Shown piece after piece: positions 1-9,200 of a stretch of DNA of 64,000 nt. The notes below the pieces were generated by a model that did no database searches, was not told where the DNA came from, and saw nothing but the letters and a program-made list of their open reading frames with translations. The position numbers and the translations under genes were made by a program. Within the stretch, counting starts at the first letter, position 1. Every line of letters begins with the position of its first letter. Source of the DNA: Candidatus Binatia bacterium (GTDB lineage: Bacteria; Desulfobacterota; Binatia; Bin18); the NCBI GenBank assembly GCA_963664395.2, contig OY761159.2, positions 1,088,001 through 1,152,000 of the forward strand, read 5' to 3'.

Positions 1-496
1 TCTCTCGGGCGTGAAGCTGTATAACCACCACGCGGTCTGGTCGACTACGTATAGTTCGGAAAATACGCCGACGCCGACCGGAGCATTCATGAACCAGCTC
101 AATACGGCGACAACCAACAGCCGCCTGCCCATGCTGGGAGACTTTGACTTTTTTGTGATCTTTCCAAACTTTGTCATTCTCCAGTTTCGGGGCATCGAAG
201 ACGACTATTACATGACCTATAATTTCTGGCCGCTGGCGGTTGACCGCTGCATCTGGGAGATAAAATTTTATTTTCCACCCGCGGAAAATGCCGGCCAAAA
301 GCTCAGCCAGGAATATCTCAAACACCGTATCTGCGACGTCCTCCAGGAGGACGCCGTAGCGCATGAGACCCTGCAAATTGGTATAACCTCGCGGGCGAAA
401 ACACATATCATCCTCCAAGATGACGAGATCCAGATTCGGCAATTTCATAAAGTGTTGGAAGACTATATGGGATTTTTCAACGGACAGGGGCAGTGA
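1..496 (+). CDS. Rieske non-heme iron oxygenase alpha subunit, C-terminal catalytic domain (5'-truncated by window edge)
   Basis: Frame is open from the window start. IFPNF, LQED and QDDEIQIRQFH closely parallel the C-terminus of the Rieske protein at 15122-16357. Confidence 0.85.
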   Translation, partial: LSGVKLYNHHAVWSTTYSSENTPTPTGAFMNQLNTATTNSRLPMLGDFDFFVIFPNFVILQFRGIEDDYYMTYNFWPLAVDRCIWEIKFYFPPAENAGQKLSQEYLKHRICDVLQEDAVAHETLQIGITSRAKTHIILQDDEIQIRQFHKVLEDYMGFFNGQGQ

Positions 497-819
497 TGCC
501 TGGAGCGCTATTTCCGGAGCAGTTTCAGAACCTTGAACCGTTTCGGGACTGGGCTCTGGCCAAAGAGAGTGAGCGCAGAGCAAAACGCCTGTCCAGCACA
601 ATGGATGAGATTCAGGCATTCTACGACGCAATTTTTCCTCAAATGGAAGCCGTCGTTGCCTATCTCAATCAGTTTCCGCTCAACCAGCTGCCCGAAGGGA
701 CGCAGCAGCTCTACTATCTGACGCTCTCATTGGTGGAAGTCACCAGCGCCGTGGAATTGTATCACCAGCCCCACATCATTGAGGCCATTGCGCCAGCTCG
801 CTTCCGGCGGGTGGAATAA
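496..819 (+). CDS. Conserved hypothetical ~107-aa Rieske-associated protein
   Basis: Start overlaps the upstream stop (TGATG). Clear paralog of 16369-16719 (LEP..WALA.E.ER...RLSSTM..IQ.FYD). Confidence 0.8.
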   Translation: MPGALFPEQFQNLEPFRDWALAKESERRAKRLSSTMDEIQAFYDAIFPQMEAVVAYLNQFPLNQLPEGTQQLYYLTLSLVEVTSAVELYHQPHIIEAIAPARFRRVE

Positions 820-861
820 CACTTTCACGAACAACTTTTTCAGAAGAAAGGAATAACGGCC

Positions 862-1635
862 ATGGCTGGGCGATTAGACACAAAGGTAGCACTGGTGACT
901 GGTGGTGGCTCGGGCATTGGACGCGCCTCAGCCCTGGCCTTTGCACGAGAAGGTGCCAAGGTTGTTGTTGCCGACGTGGATGTGGCAGGCGGAGCAGAGA
1001 CGGTCCGCATGATCGAGGCGGCCAGCGGAGCGGCGCTGTTTGTCAGCGCTGATGTCTCCAAGGCGGCGGAAGTCAGCGCGTTAGTCGAGCGGACAGTCGA
1101 AACCTATGGCCGTTTGGATTGCGCCTTGAATAACGCCGGTATCCAGGGCGACATCAAGCAGACCGCCGAGTGCAGCCAGGAGAATTGGGACCGTATCATT
1201 GCGATTAACCTGACCGGAGTGTGGTTGTGTATGAAACACGAGATCCCGCACATGTTGCATCAAGGTGGGGGTGCGATCGTCAACACTGCCTCGAACTTCG
1301 GGCTAGTAGGATCGAACGGGATGCCGGCATATTCAGCCAGCAAGCACGGCGTCGTCGGTCTGACCAAAACGGCCGCCCTGGAGTACGCCAAGTCGGGCAT
1401 TCGCGTCAACGCCGTCTGTCCGGGGCCGGTTCAAACACCGCTGATCGATAAGGTCCTGGCCGCCCAGCCCGAGCTGGGCGACCAGATCATCAAGGCCATC
1501 GAGGCCAGGGAGCCGATAGGGCGCATGGGGCAGCCGGAGGAGATTGCCGAGGCTGTCGTCTGGTTGTGTTCCGACGCGGCCTCTTTTGTGACCGGAACGG
1601 CCATGGCCGTGGATGGCGGCTTTGTGACGCAGTAG
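862..1635 (+). CDS. Classical short-chain dehydrogenase/reductase
   Basis: TGGGSGIG, NNAG, YSASK and VDGG motifs; AAGGA RBS. Confidence 0.95.
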   Translation: MAGRLDTKVALVTGGGSGIGRASALAFAREGAKVVVADVDVAGGAETVRMIEAASGAALFVSADVSKAAEVSALVERTVETYGRLDCALNNAGIQGDIKQTAECSQENWDRIIAINLTGVWLCMKHEIPHMLHQGGGAIVNTASNFGLVGSNGMPAYSASKHGVVGLTKTAALEYAKSGIRVNAVCPGPVQTPLIDKVLAAQPELGDQIIKAIEAREPIGRMGQPEEIAEAVVWLCSDAASFVTGTAMAVDGGFVTQ

Positions 1636-1661
1636 CGGCGCGAACCAAAGGGGTTATAACC

Positions 1662-2492
1662 ATGTCTAGCCAAGCCACAAGTCGCTATGAAACCATCAAC
1701 GGCCTGAAGCTGCACTACGTTGACTGGAGAAACGAACAGGCGACGCCAATGGTATGTCTGCATGGCTTGCGAGCCTACGGTCATTGGTTCGACGAATTCG
1801 CCCTGGTAGTGAAAGATCGCTATCGAGTGCTCGCTCTAGACCAACGGGGCCGGGGTGAGACGGACTGGGCGCCGGACTGCGACTACTCCAGAGCAGCCTA
1901 CGTCTCGGACGTGGAAGCCTTTGTCGATACACTTCAGCTCGACAAGCTTGTCCTGGTTGGCCACTCGATGGGCGGCCTCAACGCCATCCACTACGCCGCT
2001 CGACACCCAGACCGTGTGCTAGCCCTGTGTGTGCTGGACATCGGCCCAGAGGTTGACCCTGTGGGAATGCAGCGTATGCGCACAGAACTAGGTGAAACCC
2101 CAACGGGCTTTGACTCGTGGCAGGAGGCCAAGGCGTTTCTGAAACAGCGTCATCCCAAGGCGTCAGAAGAGAACCGCCAAACGCGCCTCAAGTGGATGCT
2201 TAAGGAAGGGGCGGAGGGCAAGGTTGAGTGGCGGATAGACCAAGCCATATTCGATCCCAACCTGCGCCCTGACGACCCGCAGCAGACGTGGGATCTTCTG
2301 AACCAGATACGCTGCCCTACCCTCATCGTGCGTGGCGGTGTGTCAGATGTACTGAGCGCTGACACATGCCAAAAAATGCTCACGTGTATCCCGGACGGTC
2401 AGTGGGTCGAAATTCCCAATGCGGGTCATATGGTGCTTGAGGATAATCCCGAGGCGTGTAACGCGGCGCTGCTCGACTTCTTCAAACGTTAG
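1662..2492 (+). CDS. Alpha/beta hydrolase
   Basis: LHG, DQRGRG, GHSMG nucleophile elbow, C-terminal AGH. Start moved to ATG 1662. Confidence 0.92.
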   Translation: MSSQATSRYETINGLKLHYVDWRNEQATPMVCLHGLRAYGHWFDEFALVVKDRYRVLALDQRGRGETDWAPDCDYSRAAYVSDVEAFVDTLQLDKLVLVGHSMGGLNAIHYAARHPDRVLALCVLDIGPEVDPVGMQRMRTELGETPTGFDSWQEAKAFLKQRHPKASEENRQTRLKWMLKEGAEGKVEWRIDQAIFDPNLRPDDPQQTWDLLNQIRCPTLIVRGGVSDVLSADTCQKMLTCIPDGQWVEIPNAGHMVLEDNPEACNAALLDFFKR

Positions 2493-2500
2493 GAGAATAT

Positions 2501-3646
2501 ATGGCTGCACCGCTCGCCCTTCAGGACTTCTCAAAAACACGGCAGGACCTCCTTCACGCCAGGCATCTGCCGGGCGAGTTTTATACCTCACCCGAGATCT
2601 TCCAAAAAGAGATCGAACAGATCTTTATGAAAGACTGGGTCTGCGTCGGACGGGTCGAGCAATATGCCAAGCCGGGCGACTACCGCGCCCTGCGCATTGC
2701 CGGCGAGCCCGTCCTTGTCTGTAAGGATAAGAACGGCGCGCTGCACGCCTTTGCCAACGTGTGTCAGCATCGCGGTGTAGAGGTTGTACAGGGTGAAGGA
2801 AACACCCAGGAGTTTAGCTGCCCCTATCACGCCTGGACGTACGGTCTGAATGGCGAGTTGACCGGTGCGCCCTACAGTCAAGAGGTCACGGACTTCGACT
2901 GGAAATCCTGCCGTTTGCCCACAGTCCAGCTCGACACCTGGGCGGGCTACATCTTCATTAACTTCGATCCTGGGGCAGAGAGCCTGGCCGCCTATCTCGC
3001 AGCCGACGGCGTACAGGAAGCCGCCGGATTTTTACGCGCCGAAGAGACGCGTATCGCGGACGAATACACGTTTGAGCTGGGCTGTAACTGGAAGTTTATC
3101 CCGGAAAACCTGATGGACATCTATCACGTCGGGGTGATTCATGGCTCGTCTTTTGGCAAGGTCTTTCCCATAGACAAATTTCCGTTCTACCTGACCCAAA
3201 ACGGCTATCATTCGGAGTACGAAAGCCTGACCATGGCACCGGATGGTGCCTGGTTATTCGGCAAGGCCATGCCCTGGCTGGAACAGAAATCGAAATCCTT
3301 TGCGTTCACCATATTCATCCGGCCAAGTTTTAATATGTTCGCTCGGCCCGATATGTTACAGCCCTGGTTTTGTCATCCCATCGCGCCGGACAAAACACGC
3401 ATTACCATCCTGACCCAATACCCGGACGAGTGGTTTGAGCAGCCAGCGTTCGAGGCCAAGAACGCGGTGGTAAAAGATTTCATTCGTCTGGTCGCCGGCG
3501 AAGACACAGAGATGATGCTCTCGCTCCAAAACGGCGTCGGCTCCCGCCACTTTCGCCCCGGTCCGACCATGGGCCTCGAAAAGGCCATCCACCATTTGCT
3601 CAACTCCTATCTCGACCGCATGTTTGGGGCGGCGGTGGCGGGGTAG
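2501..3646 (+). CDS. Rieske oxygenase alpha subunit (choline monooxygenase/GbcA-like group)
   Basis: CQHRG...CPYHAW Rieske motif; NWK..ENLMDIYHVGVIH iron motif; C-terminal ED. Confidence 0.93.
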   Translation: MAAPLALQDFSKTRQDLLHARHLPGEFYTSPEIFQKEIEQIFMKDWVCVGRVEQYAKPGDYRALRIAGEPVLVCKDKNGALHAFANVCQHRGVEVVQGEGNTQEFSCPYHAWTYGLNGELTGAPYSQEVTDFDWKSCRLPTVQLDTWAGYIFINFDPGAESLAAYLAADGVQEAAGFLRAEETRIADEYTFELGCNWKFIPENLMDIYHVGVIHGSSFGKVFPIDKFPFYLTQNGYHSEYESLTMAPDGAWLFGKAMPWLEQKSKSFAFTIFIRPSFNMFARPDMLQPWFCHPIAPDKTRITILTQYPDEWFEQPAFEAKNAVVKDFIRLVAGEDTEMMLSLQNGVGSRHFRPGPTMGLEKAIHHLLNSYLDRMFGAAVAG

Positions 3647-3677
3647 GACGGTATAATACGTAAAGCAGGGGTCCTTC

Positions 3678-3890
3678 GTGAAAACGCGCAACAGCAAGGA
3701 ACTCGGACAGTACATCATCGTGAACCCGGACATCCGTCATGGCCAACCGACCTTCAAGGGGACCCGGATCATGGTCAAGAGTGTCCTTGAAATGCTTGTC
3801 AAAGGCTGGGACTGGGATCGGGTCTCGGCTGCGTATGATGGCCGGATCGATCACGCTGCAATCGATGAGGTCCTCTCGCTTTGTCCCTAA
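3678..3890 (+). CDS. DUF433-family protein (putative antitoxin, possibly truncated)
   Basis: I.VNPDIRHGQPTFKGTRI.V..VLE.L..G is the DUF433 signature. Confidence 0.8.
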   Translation: MKTRNSKELGQYIIVNPDIRHGQPTFKGTRIMVKSVLEMLVKGWDWDRVSAAYDGRIDHAAIDEVLSLCP

Positions 3891-3960
3891 ATATACGTTG
3901 GCTATCTAGCGATAATTAAGCTACCTGACAAAACTTGAGAACGCTGACTCCCCGCTGCAT

Positions 3961-4464
3961 TTAGCCAAACAAAACATCAGGGAATGCGTTCCGGCGGACA
4001 ATGAGCTTCGTCTCCTTGAGCATTCTTTTCCTTCTTCCTGGCTGGTTCATGTAGACACGTATGCTCTTTCCTGCCGGAATAGTAACCAGAATAGTGTATT
4101 GATCTTCTTCCCCACCGCTGGCGGCCTTACGATGTCCTATCATCTCATTGAGTTCGCCTGCGGATAGACAGCATATCTGGCGTTCTTTGACACAAACTAA
4201 AGCTATGAACATTTTCGGGTTTGTACTGGAAAGCTCCACAATTGTCTCAAGGTGATCCTTACGGAATGTAAAGACGTATTCTTTATAACTTCCGTGCGGC
4301 TTTGCTGCATACTTCAGATAGACAGCGATTTCATTATTTATTTTGTATGCCGCGCGAACCACCTTATCTTTGACTGTGAGTGAATTGATTGCGGTAAATT
4401 GCGGATGCTCGGCAATCTGAATAAGCCCGGCGCCATGATAAAGGTGATCATCGTCGATCTTCAT
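3961..4464 (-). CDS. Hypothetical protein (AT-rich, basic)
   Basis: 167-aa ORF with GGGGAG RBS and AT-rich codon usage. No recognised family. Confidence 0.75.
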   Translation of the reverse strand: MKIDDDHLYHGAGLIQIAEHPQFTAINSLTVKDKVVRAAYKINNEIAVYLKYAAKPHGSYKEYVFTFRKDHLETIVELSSTNPKMFIALVCVKERQICCLSAGELNEMIGHRKAASGGEEDQYTILVTIPAGKSIRVYMNQPGRRKRMLKETKLIVRRNAFPDVLFG

Positions 4465-4561
4465 ATTCTCCCCTCAATACAAATCTATTTTCTATAGAAA
4501 AAGCTCAATAATCCCCCAAAATTGTGTTACTTTTTGTGGCATTTTAGTGTAACGAACTTCA

Positions 4562-4975
4562 CTATTCCCCCTTCCCCTCCTGCTCAAGCAGCGTTTCTGC
4601 CCACATAACAACTTCTTCCGCCAAGTGTATGGCGCTCTGATACTCCTCTTCGGTTATCGGCTCAACAATGCCTGGATATCGTGTTTCCACTGCATACCGA
4701 GTGAGAATGATCGCTTCTTTCACCTCAGACGGAACTTCTATCCCATCGTCCTCAAGCCCTTTGCCTAATTCTTCCAAGTCATGAATATATCGAAACGGAA
4801 GTGCTCTTGATTGATAGACCGCTTTGAGCGCCTTTTCCGCTGCTTGCTGAGCCAAGAAGCACAAATCTTCCCGGAATGCTCCTTCGACTTTCGACTGCTT
4901 AGCCAAAGCGAGATTCCCCTTAGCCCGAGCTAACCACTCCTGTGGACTGCCTGGAATAGAGTTATCCAGCGGCAT
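4562..4975 (-). CDS. HEPN domain protein (MNT-HEPN pair)
   Basis: WLARAK, CFLAQQAAEKALKA, HDLEEL and TRYP motifs. Start at ATG 4975 overlaps the MNT gene end. Confidence 0.9.
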   Translation of the reverse strand: MPLDNSIPGSPQEWLARAKGNLALAKQSKVEGAFREDLCFLAQQAAEKALKAVYQSRALPFRYIHDLEELGKGLEDDGIEVPSEVKEAIILTRYAVETRYPGIVEPITEEEYQSAIHLAEEVVMWAETLLEQEGKGE

Positions 4976-5285
4976 GATAGAGTTCCTTACCCGTCTCAAG
5001 CGCCTCCTTGATAACAAGGGAGAGATTCGCCGCGTGCTCCCGGATATCGCCTTCTGTGACCACCACGATATCCTTGGCGAAACCAAGACCCCACAGGTGG
5101 CGATATATCTCTTGAGCAGTCTTTCCACGATGGCTGCCGTCGGGCATGATGACCAGAGTATCCAGATCGCTATCCAGTCCCATCTCTCCGCGGGCGGCAG
5201 AACCAAATAGGATAATCCGCAGGGGATGTACCGCATCAACGATACGGGACACGAGTTCGTGCAGGAGTCTCTGGTCGGGTTTCAT
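4962..5285 (-). CDS. Minimal nucleotidyltransferase (MNT) antitoxin
   Basis: IILFGSAARG....SDLD motif. Confidence 0.9.
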   Translation of the reverse strand: MKPDQRLLHELVSRIVDAVHPLRIILFGSAARGEMGLDSDLDTLVIMPDGSHRGKTAQEIYRHLWGLGFAKDIVVVTEGDIREHAANLSLVIKEALETGKELYHAAG

Positions 5286-5372
5286 ACAAGCTCTCTCACC
5301 CCATGTTCTAAACCTACCATAATATCTCACTGACAGAATCCGCTAATCAAGCATCCTCAGTGTAGCCGAAAT

Positions 5373-5408
5373 TCAGGTAGATCAGGTGGACCAGGTAGGC
5401 CAGGTAAG
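5373..5408. repeat. Intergenic 9-nt tandem repeat x4
   Basis: tcaggtaga tcaggtgga ccaggtagg ccaggtaag. Confidence 0.75.
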
Positions 5409-5440
5409 CATTGAGCAACGTGAGACAAAATTGGCGGCAC

Positions 5441-6715
5441 TTATATCACATTCTGTGCAGCCAGCGCGTTTATTTCAGCGTCGCTGAAGCCTGCTTGCTT
5501 GAGGACCTCCCGCGTGTGCTCGCCTAAATGCGGCGCTCGCCGCTGGAAGGCGGTCACACGCTGCTTGCCGTCCGTTGCGACGGAGACCGGATACGAGAGG
5601 GCGCGGTCGAGTCCGGGCTGACGGATAGACTGAAAGGTGCCGCGCGCCTGAAAATGTGGGTCGTCGATATTCTCCTCGGGATATCTAACGCTCGCCCACA
5701 ACAAGCCTTTGGCCTGGGCGCGATGAAACACTTCCTCAGCCGTCATTGAGGCGACCAGGGTGTCGATCAGCGCGCTGAAAAGCGTATGCGCCTCGGACGG
5801 TGAACGCGCGGCTAATTCGCGGTAGGCGTCCGATTCGAGATCGTGCTCAATACCAGCCTCATTCAGCATCTCGGTAACGATCCGCACGTCGCGGTCGCCC
5901 CAAAACAAGAATGCCTTGACGTAGCGCCCGTCCCTGGTTCGGCGCAGCCACGGCGGTGTCCGGCCCACACCCGCGTGGCGTCCGGTCTGCCGTTGCACAA
6001 CTTTTTCATTATAGATGTAGCTTGGCAGAGCGACCTCGGTGCAGGTGCTGACCGCTTCGTGAATCGACACATCAATACAATCGCCGCAATCGCCTCCATC
6101 CGTCAATTCACGAAAATTGAGCGCTGCCGTGATCGCAATCACCGCGTGCTCACACGCGATATGGTATGCCTGCCACATGCCGGGCGCGATCGGCGGGGTG
6201 TCATAAATTCTGTCGGGCCGCGGATCGTATCCGCACGACGCCATCACACCGCCCATTGCCAGCTGGGTCAGGTCCGTCATCTTGAAATCACGATAGGGAC
6301 CGTCGAGCCCAAAAGGGGTAATCGTGCAGACAATGAGACGCGGATTCGACTCACGCATCTCTTGATACAGCCCAAGCCGCCACTCCACGTCGGCGGCCTC
6401 GCCAGCATCGATAATGACGTCGGCGCGCTGTCCGAGGCGTTCCAGGACGGTACGTGCCGCGGGATGGTCCCCCTCAAGGCGAACGCTCTTCTTACCCAGG
6501 TTATAACGCCAGAAACACAGACTTTGTTCCGGATCGGGTTGGGATGAGGCGAAGGGGCCCAGACGACGCGCGGGGGACCCCTGACGACCCTCCAATTTGA
6601 TCACCTCGGCACCAAACGATGCTAGCAATACACCGGCGAATTCTCCGCGCTCATCACCGTTTTCGATGATGACAGTTCCGTCGAGGGCCACGCTCAAAGC
6701 CGCTTCAGTATTCAA
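5441..6715 (-). CDS. Class III CoA-transferase (CaiB/BaiF), probable non-catalytic subunit
   Basis: LASFGAEVIKLE, NLGKKSV, ITPFGLDGPY, APHLGEHT. No Asp at the catalytic position. 4-nt overlap with the upstream paralog. Confidence 0.88.
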   Translation of the reverse strand: MNTEAALSVALDGTVIIENGDERGEFAGVLLASFGAEVIKLEGRQGSPARRLGPFASSQPDPEQSLCFWRYNLGKKSVRLEGDHPAARTVLERLGQRADVIIDAGEAADVEWRLGLYQEMRESNPRLIVCTITPFGLDGPYRDFKMTDLTQLAMGGVMASCGYDPRPDRIYDTPPIAPGMWQAYHIACEHAVIAITAALNFRELTDGGDCGDCIDVSIHEAVSTCTEVALPSYIYNEKVVQRQTGRHAGVGRTPPWLRRTRDGRYVKAFLFWGDRDVRIVTEMLNEAGIEHDLESDAYRELAARSPSEAHTLFSALIDTLVASMTAEEVFHRAQAKGLLWASVRYPEENIDDPHFQARGTFQSIRQPGLDRALSYPVSVATDGKQRVTAFQRRAPHLGEHTREVLKQAGFSDAEINALAAQNVI

Positions 6716-8007
6716 ATGATCCAGTCCTCTCTGAGTTGCGCAATTTCCTCGGGGGTCAGCCCAAGCACATCCCGGTACACGGCATCGTTGTCCTCACCCA
6801 TACACGGCGCAGCCCGCCCTGGCAGTCCGCCGACTTCGACCGGCATGGTGTGGAACTTGGCAGGAAAGTCTTCGATCGGCCAGGTCCCGATTTCGCTGTG
6901 AGGTAAGGGCACAAAAGCGCCCCGCTCCTTGAGTTGCGGGTCACGCAGGTAACGATCGGCCGCGGTCTGCACCACACCGGCTGGGACGCCCCGCTTCTGC
7001 AGACGGTGCATCAGCTCGTAGCGGTCTTCACTTTTCGTGAACTCGGCGAGCAATCGGTCAAGGTCATCTTCATGGGCCTTGCGTCCAGCCGCTGTCTGAA
7101 AACGGGCGTCCCGCGCCCAGCCGGGCGAACCGATCTCGGCTATAAACGCCTGCCACTGCTCATCAGTCTGCACGGCTATCGTGATCCAGTCGTCAGTCCC
7201 GCGACATGGGTACGCGCCATGCGGAGTCCAATCCGCGGCATGCATCCGGTTGCCATAACGGGGAGTCGATTGCCCGGTCAGCTGGGCTTCCAGCGTGGCG
7301 GTCCCGGATGTCATGACCCCGACTTCCGTCTGCGACAGATCGATATAACAGCCACGGCCAGTCCGCCGCCGATTCAAGAGCGCCAGCATCACATGCAGAG
7401 CCCCGTAGTAGCCGGTTGAATGATCGAGATACGAATAGCCCCATCCAGCCGGCGGCATGGGCTCGGGCAAGCCTGACATATGGGTCAAACCCGAAAGCGC
7501 CTGGGCCGTCGGTCCGACGCTGAGATAGTCGTGATACGTCCCCGACTTTCCCATGCCGCTGATCTGGAGATAAATGAGCCCGGGATTGATCTTGCGCAGC
7601 GTGTCATAGCCGAGTGCCCAACGCTCCATCTGTCCGGGACTGTAGTTTTCGCACAGGACGGCGGCCTTGGCGATCAAGCGTTTGAACAGGTCGCGTCCCT
7701 GCGGCAGGCTCATATTAAGTGTAATGCCATACTTGCCGGGATTAATATTGTTGAATAGCCCGCTGCGATTCAGACTATCGGCTTCCCCACCAGGGGCTTT
7801 CGGCAGTACTCCACGCAGCAGGTCGAGCGCGCGCTGATCGTGCCATTCGACCCGGATCACTTCCGCGCCCATGGTCGCCAGCATCCGTGTCGCGTTCGGG
7901 CCGGCTACAATCTTCGTCAGATCTATGACCCGCACCCCCTCAAGGGGACGATGGGGACGATGGGGACGACGGCGGGTAGATTTATTTGGTGGTTCGGATT
8001 GTGTCAT
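6712..8007 (-). CDS. Class III CoA-transferase (CaiB/BaiF)
   Basis: PLEGVRVIDL, AGP, MGAEVIRVE, YSYLDHSTG (catalytic Asp), APCMGEDN. Confidence 0.92.
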   Translation of the reverse strand: MTQSEPPNKSTRRRPHRPHRPLEGVRVIDLTKIVAGPNATRMLATMGAEVIRVEWHDQRALDLLRGVLPKAPGGEADSLNRSGLFNNINPGKYGITLNMSLPQGRDLFKRLIAKAAVLCENYSPGQMERWALGYDTLRKINPGLIYLQISGMGKSGTYHDYLSVGPTAQALSGLTHMSGLPEPMPPAGWGYSYLDHSTGYYGALHVMLALLNRRRTGRGCYIDLSQTEVGVMTSGTATLEAQLTGQSTPRYGNRMHAADWTPHGAYPCRGTDDWITIAVQTDEQWQAFIAEIGSPGWARDARFQTAAGRKAHEDDLDRLLAEFTKSEDRYELMHRLQKRGVPAGVVQTAADRYLRDPQLKERGAFVPLPHSEIGTWPIEDFPAKFHTMPVEVGGLPGRAAPCMGEDNDAVYRDVLGLTPEEIAQLREDWII

Positions 8008-8070
8008 TTGTGCAGCCCCGTCTGTCCGCGACCATACTCCGGATAGTCTCTACGCGCAATAAAATACGAG

Positions 8071-8099
8071 TTGACATTGCCTTTCCCGCGCCATATGAC
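8071..8099 (+). promoter_or_regulatory. Putative sigma70 promoter
   Basis: TTGACA-17 nt-TATGAC upstream of the dehydrogenase gene. Confidence 0.4.
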
Positions 8100-8120
8100 G
8101 GCTGCACATGAAAAGGGAAG

Positions 8121-9125
8121 GTGACGTATATGACCGATATAAAGCTGGACGGCCCGGCAACGATCCTCGTTCTGCTCGGGCTGACCTTGCCGGAAATATC
8201 CGAAAGCGAGCTTGAAAAGATTCGGACCGCAGCCCCGCCGGGCTCAACCGTCAAAGTCGCCCCCCAGGTGCGCGATGCTATCGACATGGCCGATGATGTT
8301 GAGGTCATCCTCGGCTTCTTACCCGAATCATTATTTCACGCCGCCCCCCGCCTGCGCTGGGTGCACGCCATCGCCTCAGGCGTGGACATGTTTCTCTACC
8401 CGGCGATGCGGGACTCCGACGTTGTGCTGACCGGCGAAAAGGGCCTGGTGGGTGGACACTTGGCGGACACCGGCTTCGGCCTGCTCCTGGCGCTCACCCG
8501 CCAGATTGCGACCGCCATCCGCCTCGGCTCGGCCAGTTGGCAGGCACGTGAGGCGATGCGCCGTAAAGAGGTCGAGCTTGAGGGGTTGACGATGGGCATC
8601 GTCGGCTTCGGGGGGACCGGTCGGGCGATGGCCCGCCGGGCGGTGGCGTTTGGTATGCAAGTGTTAGCCCTGGACGAGCACCCCGTCCCGGCGTCAGACG
8701 GTGTGAACGCGGTATGGGGACGGAATCGGTTGACCGAGTTGCTGGCTTCCTCCGACGTGGTTGCGATCTGCTGTCCGCTTACGGCCGAGACGCGGCAGAT
8801 GTTCAACACTGAAACATTCGCCCACTTGAAACGAGGGGCACTTCTGGTCAACGTCACCCGAGGTGAGATCATAGACGGCGAGGCGCTGGTACAGGCGCTG
8901 CAAGACGGGCGGTGTGGCGGCGCGGCACTTGATGTCGCTCCGATCGAACCCCTACCGGCCGACCATCCCCTGTGGACGTTTGAGAACGTCGTCATGACTC
9001 CGCACACCGCCGGCGCCAGCCAACTGCGCGCTACGCGCAACCTCGAACGCTTTTGTGAGAACCTGCGCCGCATCCAGCGGGGCGAGCCCCTCCTCGGGGT
9101 AGTCGATAAACAGCTCGGCTACTAA
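8121..9125 (+). CDS. D-2-hydroxyacid dehydrogenase family protein
   Basis: GIVGFGGTG, NVTRG, LDV...EPLP and TPHTAG motifs. Start may be ATG 8130. Confidence 0.93.
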   Translation: MTYMTDIKLDGPATILVLLGLTLPEISESELEKIRTAAPPGSTVKVAPQVRDAIDMADDVEVILGFLPESLFHAAPRLRWVHAIASGVDMFLYPAMRDSDVVLTGEKGLVGGHLADTGFGLLLALTRQIATAIRLGSASWQAREAMRRKEVELEGLTMGIVGFGGTGRAMARRAVAFGMQVLALDEHPVPASDGVNAVWGRNRLTELLASSDVVAICCPLTAETRQMFNTETFAHLKRGALLVNVTRGEIIDGEALVQALQDGRCGGAALDVAPIEPLPADHPLWTFENVVMTPHTAGASQLRATRNLERFCENLRRIQRGEPLLGVVDKQLGY

Positions 9126-9200
9126 GGACAGTCACAGAGAAAGGGCAAAGGCTACGCGCAACGATTCCTGAGCATTGCACTTCGATATCATCACCAGGCT

